Part shown: positions 12,840-20,445 of the stretch, piece by piece
Position numbering within the stretch: position 1 is the stretch's first letter
Layout: every line of letters begins with the position of its first letter
Assembly: GCA_009702725.1 (NCBI GenBank)
Contig: WLHM01000001.1
Location: 1-25,037, forward strand
Source of the DNA: Actinomycetota bacterium
GTDB taxonomy: Bacteria; Actinomycetota; Actinomycetes; S36-B12
Direction: 5' to 3'
DNA: 25,037 nt
The notes under the pieces: model-generated
Database searches by the model: none
What the model was told of the DNA's origin: nothing
The model's input: only the letters and a program-made list of their open reading frames with translations
Position numbers and translations under genes: made by a program

Positions 12840-13199
12840 TCAGTCCCACTCGAGTCCGCGTCGACGCCAAACATAGGCGTAGACCACCAGCACAGTAACG
12901 ATAAATACGAGCATTTCGATTAAGCCAAAGACCGCCAGTCGGTCAAAAGCGACCGCCCACGGGTATAGGAAGACAATTTCAATGTCGAAGACTATGAACA
13001 ACATGGCGGTTAAGTAGTACTTCACGGGGAAGCGGCCACCACCCACCGGTTGCGGTGTGGGCTCGATGCCACATTCATAGGCGTCGTATTTTGCTCGGTT
13101 ATAGCGTTTTGGCCCGGTGAAGGTGGCTATGGCAACCGAAAAGACTGCGAAACCGAAAGCAAGGATGCCCAGAATCAGTATCGGTGTGTAGACGTTCAC
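12840..13199 (-). CDS. nuoA: NADH-quinone oxidoreductase subunit A (119 aa)
   Basis: [37 protein letters not shown] and RRGLEWD motifs; GTG start with AAGGAG upstream. Confidence 0.97.
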   Translation of the reverse strand: MNVYTPILILGILAFGFAVFSVAIATFTGPKRYNRAKYDAYECGIEPTPQPVGGGRFPVKYYLTAMLFIVFDIEIVFLYPWAVAFDRLAVFGLIEMLVFIVTVLVVYAYVWRRRGLEWD

Positions 13200-13274
13200 C
13201 GCTGTTCCACTACTCCTTGTATCCGCCGATTAATTTCGCCCTGGTGGTCGAAACTGGCACTCAACATTGCGCGC

Positions 13275-13292
13275 TTGTGAATGACTTCACGA
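13275..13292. promoter_or_regulatory. Putative Rex operator upstream of nuoA
   Basis: TTGTGAA-TGAC-TTCACGA matches the Rex palindrome TTGTGAA-N4-TTCACAA at 13 of 14 specified positions. It also fits CRP/GlxR TGTGA-N6-TCACA with one mismatch. Confidence 0.75.
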
Positions 13293-13300
13293 CCTCCGCA

Positions 13301-13306
13301 ATCATA
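13301..13306 (-). promoter_or_regulatory. Putative -10 hexamer of the nuo promoter
   Basis: TATGAT on the minus strand, 8 nt upstream of the Rex-like palindrome; no convincing -35. Confidence 0.55.
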
Positions 13307-13322
13307 GTGCGCAGCCTGCTGT

Positions 13323-14033
13323 TCATGCAGTGGTATCCACCTCTGGGTTCACGCTGCGGTGCAGAGCGACAATTCCACCCGACAAATTACGCCATTGCAC
13401 CCGCGCCCAGCCCGCCACTTGCAATTGCGCGGCCAACTGCTGCTGATCGGGCCAGGCCCGGATTGACTCGGCCAGATACACGTATGCCTCTGGGTTGCTG
13501 GCCACCCTTTGCGCCACCGCGGGGAGGGCTTTCATTAGATACTCGGTATAAACATTGCGAAAAGGGGCCCAGGTAGGCTGCGAGAACTCACATATCACCA
13601 ACCGGCCACCCGGGCGCACCACCCGACGCAACTCCGCCAGCCCAGTGGTCAAGTCAGCCAAATTTCGGAGCCCAAAGGAGATAGTGGCCGCATCAAATAC
13701 CCCGTCGCGATAGGGCAAGGCCAAGCCATCCCCGGCGACGAATGGCAACTGCGGTAGCCGCTGGCGGCCCACCTTTAACATCCCACGGGAAAAATCAGTA
13801 GGGAAAACCTCAGCTCCGGCCTCGGCAAACGGCAAACTTGAGGTACCCGTACCGGCAGCCAGATCCAATATCTGCTCACCCGGGAGGGGAGCGACCGCGG
13901 CCACCACGGCCTTGCGCCACCGCCGAGTCTGACCCATGGCTAAAACGTCATTGGTTAGGTCATAACGCTTCGCGACCCCATCGAACATGGCGGCCACATC
14001 GGTTGGGGCTTTGGTCAAATCCGCTCGCGTCAC
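13323..14033 (-). CDS. menG: Demethylmenaquinone methyltransferase, UbiE/MenG family (236 aa)
   Basis: [28 protein letters not shown] (SAM-binding), TISFGLRN and [13 protein letters not shown] motifs; AAAGGA SD before the GTG. Confidence 0.95.
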   Translation of the reverse strand: MTRADLTKAPTDVAAMFDGVAKRYDLTNDVLAMGQTRRWRKAVVAAVAPLPGEQILDLAAGTGTSSLPFAEAGAEVFPTDFSRGMLKVGRQRLPQLPFVAGDGLALPYRDGVFDAATISFGLRNLADLTTGLAELRRVVRPGGRLVICEFSQPTWAPFRNVYTEYLMKALPAVAQRVASNPEAYVYLAESIRAWPDQQQLAAQLQVAGWARVQWRNLSGGIVALHRSVNPEVDTTA

Positions 14034-14081
14034 TCTGACATCCTTTCAGATACTCGATCTGCTTCAAGTGCCGTAGGCATC

Positions 14082-14087
14082 TAGAGT
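14082..14087 (+). promoter_or_regulatory. Putative -10 box for leaderless menF
   Basis: TAGAGT (TANNNT) lies 6 nt upstream of GTG 14094, with no SD. Confidence 0.5.
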
Positions 14088-14093
14088 GCTCCT

Positions 14094-15383
14094 GTGTCCA
14101 GCGAATCAATGTCACGCCTGGACACCACCTCGAAGGCCGAACGCATTGTGGTGCGTACTCGACCAATCCCTGATCCAGAGCAGCTCTTGGCGAGGTTGCC
14201 GATCGAGAACCCCGTTGCGTGGGTCCGCGGTGGTGAAGGTTTGGTCGGGTGGGGCGTGGCCGCGCAACTAGAGGTAAGCGGGCCCGAACGCTTTAGCCGA
14301 GCGCAGCGCTGGTGGACCAAGTGGTGCGCCGAGAAATCCGTTGACGACACAGTCGACGTACCCGGCACCGGCCCGGTGGCATTTGCCTCATTTGCGTTTG
14401 ACCCGAACCCGGGAACTTCAATCATCACCGTGCCAAAAGTGATCATCGGGCGCCGAGGTGGCCAAGCCTGGGTTACCGTCGTTGACCCAGATAACGATCC
14501 GCGCGCGGATACTGGTGTGCGAAACTCAATGCGGCCGGTGTCGGTACCCGCGAAGCCGACAGCAGTGCGATGGGCCGAAGGGTCACGGACCGCCCCGGAT
14601 TGGCAAGGGGCCGTTGCCGAAGCAATCGTGCGGATTAACGCCGGTGAACTCGACAAAGTGGTCTTGGCACGGGATGTGATCGCACATGTTGAAGGCGAAC
14701 TTGATATCAGACACCTACTCCTCAATCTGGCCGAAAAATACCCATCTTGCTGGACATTTAGTGTTGCTGGTCTTATCGGAGCTACCCCTGAGTTACTCGT
14801 GCGGCGCACGGGCGATCTAGTAACCAGTCGGGTACTTGCCGGCACTGTGCGGCGCCAAGGCGACGCCACCGCTGACGCCAGCCTTGCATCAGCCTTACTT
14901 GGTAGCGGTAAAGATCTTGAAGAACATGAATACGCCGTGCACTCGGTAGCGCGAGCGCTTGCCGCACATTGCACCGACTTAACCGTCCCTGATCGCCCAC
15001 ATGTACTTGCCTTGGCCAACGTTCAACACCTGGCAACAGACATCACCGGCAGGTTGGCCGACGCCGCGTCAGTGCTTGCGCTCGCGGCATCGCTTCATCC
15101 GACCGCCGCAGTCTGCGGAACTCCGACTGAGCGAGCCTTGTCCGTTATCCGCGAACTTGAAGGCATGGATCGCGGTCGTTACGCCGGACCGGTTGGTTGG
15201 TTCGATGCTCAAGGTGACGGAGAGTTCGGCATTGCGCTCCGATGTGCTGAAGTTGATAGCGAAACCAACACTGTGCGTGCATTTGCCGGCTGCGGCATTG
15301 TTGCAGGATCACACCCAGATACCGAGCTGGCCGAAGCGGCCGCGAAACTTGTGCCGATCAGGGATGCACTCGAAGCTACGTAG
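14094..15383 (+). CDS. menF: Isochorismate synthase (429 aa)
   Basis: Chorismate-binding (MST) family motifs LDKVVLAR, GATPELL, KDLEEHEYAV, LHPTAAVCGTP, RGRYAGPVGW, IALRCA and AGCGIVAGS; men cluster context. Confidence 0.92.
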   Translation: MSSESMSRLDTTSKAERIVVRTRPIPDPEQLLARLPIENPVAWVRGGEGLVGWGVAAQLEVSGPERFSRAQRWWTKWCAEKSVDDTVDVPGTGPVAFASFAFDPNPGTSIITVPKVIIGRRGGQAWVTVVDPDNDPRADTGVRNSMRPVSVPAKPTAVRWAEGSRTAPDWQGAVAEAIVRINAGELDKVVLARDVIAHVEGELDIRHLLLNLAEKYPSCWTFSVAGLIGATPELLVRRTGDLVTSRVLAGTVRRQGDATADASLASALLGSGKDLEEHEYAVHSVARALAAHCTDLTVPDRPHVLALANVQHLATDITGRLADAASVLALAASLHPTAAVCGTPTERALSVIRELEGMDRGRYAGPVGWFDAQGDGEFGIALRCAEVDSETNTVRAFAGCGIVAGSHPDTELAEAAAKLVPIRDALEAT

Positions 15384-15416
15384 TTTCGATTACCTGCAGG
15401 GCAGAGCGCCGCCCGC

Positions 15417-17195
15417 TCAAACAGAACCGAGGGCCGCATGTACAGCGTCCCGAACCACTCGCCAAGCTTCCGCTTCATCATCTCGAGAACAGGTTCGCGC
15501 CACCACCACCTGCACTCCCCCAGCAGCAATAGCAGTATCCAATGCGGCCACTAGTTCGGCAGCAGTATGCGCCACCTGGGTTGGCACTTGCAAAGCCGCC
15601 GCGATGGCTCCAACATCAGCGCCGAGCGGAACCGCGAATACCCGATCGAAAGAGTCAGCGAAACGCGCCTCGCCTTGCTCCAATAGCGAGAAAATGCCAC
15701 CGCCATCATTATCCGAAACTACGATCACCAAATTGGGTCTTGTCTCAGTTGCCGGTACCAGAAACGCATTGCTGTCATACAAGAAAGTCTGGTCGCCAAC
15801 CAGTGAAATGGCCCAGGTCGGATCATCGGCTGCATCATCGCGCTGCAGTGCAGTCGCCGCTCCCCAAGCTGAGGACAAAGTTCCGTCAATCCCTGAAGTA
15901 CCGCGGTTCCCCATCACTATGGCTTCACCAATGAATGTTGACGCGAGATTGAAAACATGGCGCACCTGGGATGAAGCCCCCAGAAATAGCATGCCGGCGG
16001 ACGGAACCGCACTGCACGTGAGGCGCGCAACGTGCATGCCGGTCAACTTATCTCCAAAAGCAGCAAGCGCTGTTTCAACCGCGGCGGCGGTAAGGACATC
16101 GGCCCGCTGCCAAGCAGCAAGCCAGTCAGGGTCAACCACCGCATTTTCAGGGGGCAATGGCACTCCTGCAATAACGATGTCCGCCGATCGAGTTGGATCA
16201 CTCCACTGCGATTGTGGATCCACCGCAATATGCAGTGGTGAATTCGCGACCAGGCGCAACACCGCACGGCTTAATCCGACTCGACCAACAGTTATCACGA
16301 CGTCTGGCACATGTGCAGCCGCAAAATCAGCATCAGCAAGTATCAGAGCCCCGTGAGAAATTGAGGTATCGCAGTCCGACACATTGCCGCTTGGTTCACC
16401 AATTATCGGCCATCCCAGAGCATCACCGAGGTCATCAATCAGACTCATGAATTCAGAGTCGGAGTGATCGCCAACAATGATGATCCCGCGAGCCGGGAGT
16501 TGATTGTCTTCCATGATGACACCTATTACGTCATCAAGTGGTGTGCTAAGGCCGGCTACAAACCTGGCATCGGCCGTCCAGGGCCGCCCATCAGCACGCC
16601 CGTCAGTGCGCCCACCAAGTGCCGTTGCTGGCGCATCGTCGTCTAACTCATCAGGAACTAACGGGTCGGCAAATGGAATATTCACATGTACCGGACCAGG
16701 ATGCCACGCATCAGTTGACGCAGCGACAACGCGCGACATGGTGGAACGCCAGTAGCGAATATCGTTATCGCCAGATACGGCCACTGACATGTCAACAGCG
16801 AGTCGGACTGAGGTTCCAAAAATGTCGGCCTGCGCAATAGTTTGGTTGGCTCCTACTCCGCGCAAAACTGGCGGCCTATCTGCAGTTAACGTGATCAGCG
16901 GGATATTCGAGTAATCGGCTTCTACAACGGCCGGATGCAAATTTATCGCTGCCGTACCTGAAGTGGTAACGACCACGGCCGGCACCCCAGAGACTTTGCC
17001 GAGCCCAAGCGCTAGGTATCCGGCACTTCGCTCATCTACTCGCACGTGCAAGAAGATCTCGCCCCGTTTTTCGGCGGCAGCCAAGGCGAAAGCCAGCGGA
17101 GCCGAACGCGAACCTGGACAAAGCACAAAATCAGTAATGCCGCATCTGATCAACTCATCGACAAGCACGCGCGCTTGGAGAGTTGATGCGTTCAC
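15417..17195 (-). CDS. menD: SEPHCHC synthase, ThDP-dependent (592 aa)
   Basis: MNASTLQARVLVDEL, CPGSRSAPL, VDERSAGYLALG, TSGTA, TADRP, GNRGTSGIDG and GDQTFLYD...NDGGGIF motifs. Confidence 0.96.
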   Translation of the reverse strand: MNASTLQARVLVDELIRCGITDFVLCPGSRSAPLAFALAAAEKRGEIFLHVRVDERSAGYLALGLGKVSGVPAVVVTTSGTAAINLHPAVVEADYSNIPLITLTADRPPVLRGVGANQTIAQADIFGTSVRLAVDMSVAVSGDNDIRYWRSTMSRVVAASTDAWHPGPVHVNIPFADPLVPDELDDDAPATALGGRTDGRADGRPWTADARFVAGLSTPLDDVIGVIMEDNQLPARGIIIVGDHSDSEFMSLIDDLGDALGWPIIGEPSGNVSDCDTSISHGALILADADFAAAHVPDVVITVGRVGLSRAVLRLVANSPLHIAVDPQSQWSDPTRSADIVIAGVPLPPENAVVDPDWLAAWQRADVLTAAAVETALAAFGDKLTGMHVARLTCSAVPSAGMLFLGASSQVRHVFNLASTFIGEAIVMGNRGTSGIDGTLSSAWGAATALQRDDAADDPTWAISLVGDQTFLYDSNAFLVPATETRPNLVIVVSDNDGGGIFSLLEQGEARFADSFDRVFAVPLGADVGAIAAALQVPTQVAHTAAELVAALDTAIAAGGVQVVVARTCSRDDEAEAWRVVRDAVHAALGSV

Positions 17196-17240
17196 GCGCT
17201 TAGCCTTTCATGCCGAGACGATGGTAAGAAGAACAGGGCA

Positions 17241-18260
17241 CTAACTAGCTACTAGATGCCCAGACCGTTTAGCGGCGCCCGAATGCCAGGCAGCGGCAAG
17301 GCGGGCCCGCCACCAAATCCCGCGCTCATCGCTTATCTCATCTCGCGCCCGCATCAGCGCGCCTAACTCCGGGGCAACTCTTTGAACTTTGAGCATTCCG
17401 CCAACCGGAACAAGTGGCGTATCCACCACATCAGCAGCAAGTAGCGTGCCGGTACCAAGTCCACAGGCTGTTGCCATATCAAGGGCTCCAGCCAATGCCG
17501 TCGAAGCCGCCAGGCCCACCGAAGAGTCAAGTGAACCGCTAATGACAATCGGCATCGAGAGTTGCTCGACTATGCGCACGCTGGCTTCAATTCCGCCTAG
17601 TGGAGCCACTTTGATGATCGCGAAATCGGCGATTCCCCGCAAATCGAGCTCTTCAGGTGCAGCCGCGCCACGTATTGCCTCGTCGACTGCAATTGGCACT
17701 GAAACTTGACTGCGCACCTGCTTGATCTCAGCGAGTTCAGCACACGGCTGCTCAACATATTCAAGGCCGTACTCAGTAAGACGTCTTAGTGCCTTCACCG
17801 CCTCAGACACGGACCAACTGCCATTGGCATCAATGCGGATAGATCCGACGCCTCGACCCAGTGCGGTATCGAGAACATCGCGCACCGCCGCCACCCGCGC
17901 CTCATCAGCCGCCAAGGCGCCGCCGACTTTTACTTTCACGCACTGACAACCATTTTCAATTACCGCAGCGCGCGTTAGTGCCGCCGCATCAGCCGAGCTA
18001 ACTTCAGCAATAATCGCATTTACATTTATGTTTTCACGTTTGCTCACCGGCCATGCCCCAAATGCGGATTCAATCGCACAGTCGAGCCAGCGCGATGCTG
18101 CAACGTCGGTGTAGTCGTCAAATGGGGCAAACTCACCCCACCCTGACGGGCCCTTAATCAACACACCTTCGCGCTTGGTGATACCGCGAAAAGCCCTAGT
18201 CATCGGCAGCCCGTACACAACGGCGGTATCAAGCAGCGCCTGCAATTGTTTGTCGGGCAT
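17241..18260 (-). CDS. menC: o-succinylbenzoate synthase, enolase superfamily (339 aa)
   Basis: REGVLI..GPSGWGEFAPF, the KxK motif (VKVKVG), metal ligands in IRIDAN, YVEQP and AVDEA, plus KVAPLGG and CGLGT. Confidence 0.94.
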   Translation of the reverse strand: MPDKQLQALLDTAVVYGLPMTRAFRGITKREGVLIKGPSGWGEFAPFDDYTDVAASRWLDCAIESAFGAWPVSKRENINVNAIIAEVSSADAAALTRAAVIENGCQCVKVKVGGALAADEARVAAVRDVLDTALGRGVGSIRIDANGSWSVSEAVKALRRLTEYGLEYVEQPCAELAEIKQVRSQVSVPIAVDEAIRGAAAPEELDLRGIADFAIIKVAPLGGIEASVRIVEQLSMPIVISGSLDSSVGLAASTALAGALDMATACGLGTGTLLAADVVDTPLVPVGGMLKVQRVAPELGALMRARDEISDERGIWWRARLAAAWHSGAAKRSGHLVAS

Positions 18261-18266
18261 GTGAAG

Positions 18267-19199
18267 TTACGGACGCTTCGGGAATTGACGGAAGTCGGGT
18301 TCGCGCTTCTCCTTGTAGGCATCGCGGCCCTCTTGTGCTTCCGCCGTCATGTAGAACAACAAGGTCGCATCTCCAGCAAGTTGTTGAACGCCCGCGAGCC
18401 CATCATCGGCCGCATTATGCGATGCCTTGAGCATCCGTAGCGCCAGCGGGGACATGTCGAGCATCTCGCGCGCCCAAGAAACGGTCTCGCTCTCAAGATC
18501 GGCAATCGGAACCACCGAATTAACCAAGCCCCAGTCATAGGCTTGCTCAGCACCGTATTGGCGGCACGTGTACCAGACTTCGCGTGACCGTTTTTGCCCA
18601 ATAGTTGCCGCGAGCAAACCAGAGCCGTACCCGCCATCGAAGGAACCTACCTTTGGGCCAGTTTGACCAAATCGGGCGTTATCAGCGGCTATGGTCAAAT
18701 CACAAACCACGTGCAGCACATGTCCGCCACCAATGGCGTAACCGGCGACCATGGCAATAACCGGCTTCGGTGTGCGGCGAATTTGGACCTGGAGATCCAG
18801 GACATTTAACCGACCAACCCCGCGCTTGGCGACTTCATCGTCGCCGATGTAGCCATCATTACCGCGAATGATCTGATCTCCACCGGAGCAAAATGCCCAG
18901 TCTCCCTGCCCGGTCAAGATGATAACGCCGATTGAATCGTCATCACGTGCGTAATTAAGTGCATCACTGAGCTCGAAGAGGGTCGGCGGTCTAAACGCAT
19001 TGCGCTTCTCTGGCCTGTTGATTGTTATCTTGGCGATACCGACGTCTTCACCCGTGGAGACCTCCAGTCGAATATCTCGGTACTCACCGATCTGCCGCCA
19101 CCCGCAGCCGGGTTTAATCGACGAGTACGAGGGGTCGGTCAATGCCGGTGAACCAGCAGGTACCACCGGGGGCAATAAGTATCTGGTACGGGTATCCAT
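18267..19199 (-). CDS. menB: 1,4-dihydroxy-2-naphthoyl-CoA synthase (about 310 aa; start corrected from 19547)
   Basis: [53 protein letters not shown] and DFRQFPKRP motifs. The track's first 116 aa are antisense to menE. ATG 19199 has a TANNNT box 7 nt upstream; a slightly later TTG/GTG start is not excluded. Confidence 0.94.
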   Translation of the reverse strand: MDTRTRYLLPPVVPAGSPALTDPSYSSIKPGCGWRQIGEYRDIRLEVSTGEDVGIAKITINRPEKRNAFRPPTLFELSDALNYARDDDSIGVIILTGQGDWAFCSGGDQIIRGNDGYIGDDEVAKRGVGRLNVLDLQVQIRRTPKPVIAMVAGYAIGGGHVLHVVCDLTIAADNARFGQTGPKVGSFDGGYGSGLLAATIGQKRSREVWYTCRQYGAEQAYDWGLVNSVVPIADLESETVSWAREMLDMSPLALRMLKASHNAADDGLAGVQQLAGDATLLFYMTAEAQEGRDAYKEKREPDFRQFPKRP

Positions 19200-19236
19200 G
19201 TCGGGAACGCTACCGCGAGGTCCTACGCTCGGTGCG
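19200..19236. promoter_or_regulatory. Compact divergent promoter region for menB and menE
   Basis: TAGCGT on minus (19212-19207) is 7 nt before the menB ATG. TACGCT on plus (19224-19229) is 7 nt before the menE ATG. Confidence 0.6.
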
Positions 19237-20445
19237 ATGCGTCCATTGACTTCAGTTCTGGTGCCGCCAGGCCCCGCTGGCCTCACAGCGTTGCTGGACC
19301 CACTGCGCATGGCTCTCACGGGAGCCGGCCCGGCAATTACCCCGCTGCCCATGGTTAGTCCGACCATCTCTACCGAGTACGTCGGTCGACTGCGCGCTGC
19401 GAGTTTACCCGATGACGTAAGCCAGCCCCTTGAATCTGATGAGGTCGCAGTGGTGTTGGCCACCTCCGGTTCAATGGGACAACCTAAAGGTGTGCTGCTC
19501 ACGGCAGCCGGGCTAACCGCGCTAGACGGTGTGGTCAACGGGGCCAACGCGCAGTGGATTGCAGCGCTACCGCTGCATTCGATGGGTGGATTTAATGTCG
19601 CCGTACGAGCACTGGCAAGTGATCGAGATCCAATAGCGTTAGCGAGCCTTGGTGGTGCGCAGCCATTTACGTCTGCAGTTTTTGCCGACGCTGTTGAAAG
19701 GGCAAACGGAGCTCAAGTCCATGTTTCACTGGTAGCTGCCCAGCTTCGCCGCCTCCTTGCTGACGAACTAGGCATTGCTGCACTAAAAGCTTGTGAGCTG
19801 GTTCTTATCGGTGCTGGACCTTTGGCAGCCAGCACCCGCGCCATCGCCCTCGAAAACGAGGTTCACCTGGTGACCTCGTATGGCATGACTGAGACATCTG
19901 GTGGCTGCGTGTTTGATGGTCGCCCGCTGCTCGGAGTGCAGGTAGAAACCGCTTCGGAATCCTCCGGAACCTTGGTAATAAGCGGGCCCATGTTGGCAAC
20001 CGGTTACCGACTCCAACCGAAACTAACCAAACTGCACTTTACCGCCGCCGGGTTTATCACCAGTGACCACGGAAGCGTCGACGCCGAAGGGTTCGTCACG
20101 ATCCTAGGACGTGCTGACGACGTGATTAATATCAACGGAGTAAACGTTTCAGCTGGTGCAGTCGAACAGGTGATCGGCGACATTAATGAGGTCACAGCCG
20201 TGTTGGTGCTATCCATCGCGGGCCCCAGCGAGGAAAACGCGCTTGTTGCCGCGGTCGAGACCTCGTCCACCTCAACAATTGAATCCGTCGTCAAAACGAC
20301 CGTGCAACAACGACTTGGACTGGCAGCGGTACCTTGTCATGTCATCGTCCAAACCGAGCTGCCAATGTTGCCAAATGGCAAAGTTGATCGCGAAGTACTC
20401 CGCATGATCGCAACGCAATCGGGAAGGCTTCCATGGCAACGATAG
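19237..20445 (+). CDS. menE: o-succinylbenzoate-CoA ligase (about 402 aa; start corrected from 19000)
   Basis: Adenylate-forming motifs [37 protein letters not shown] and LPNGKVDR; short actinobacterial-type MenE; men cluster context. Confidence 0.9.
   Translation: MRPLTSVLVPPGPAGLTALLDPLRMALTGAGPAITPLPMVSPTISTEYVGRLRAASLPDDVSQPLESDEVAVVLATSGSMGQPKGVLLTAAGLTALDGVVNGANAQWIAALPLHSMGGFNVAVRALASDRDPIALASLGGAQPFTSAVFADAVERANGAQVHVSLVAAQLRRLLADELGIAALKACELVLIGAGPLAASTRAIALENEVHLVTSYGMTETSGGCVFDGRPLLGVQVETASESSGTLVISGPMLATGYRLQPKLTKLHFTAAGFITSDHGSVDAEGFVTILGRADDVININGVNVSAGAVEQVIGDINEVTAVLVLSIAGPSEENALVAAVETSSTSTIESVVKTTVQQRLGLAAVPCHVIVQTELPMLPNGKVDREVLRMIATQSGRLPWQR

Noticed and set aside
13233-13253. 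Small hairpin TTTCGACC-ACCA-GGGCGAAA in the nuo leader, considered as a riboswitch or attenuator
   Set aside because: Only 7 bp with a mismatch, AT-rich base, no U tract and no similarity to a riboswitch I recognise.
13184-13576. 130-aa plus-strand ORF crossing the nuoA-menG spacer
   Set aside because: Overlaps nuoA, the promoter/operator and menG in antisense; no coding-like features.
14081-15019. 312-aa minus-strand ORF antisense to menF
   Set aside because: Entirely a shadow of menF; no recognisable domain or initiation signal.
15384-15416. Possible bidirectional terminator between menF and menD
   Set aside because: At most a 4-bp stem (GGGC/GCCC) and no T run next to it.
15001-16356. 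451-aa plus-strand ORF overlapping the menF end and antisense to menD
   Set aside because: Ala/Ser/Thr/Pro-rich shadow translation with no motifs; long antisense frames are expected opposite GC-rich genes.
19000-19547. Apparent 548-nt head-to-head overlap of menB and menE in the ORF track
   Set aside because: The extensions are antisense read-through of the opposite gene. Motif-bearing sequence and -10 boxes support starts at 19199 and 19237.
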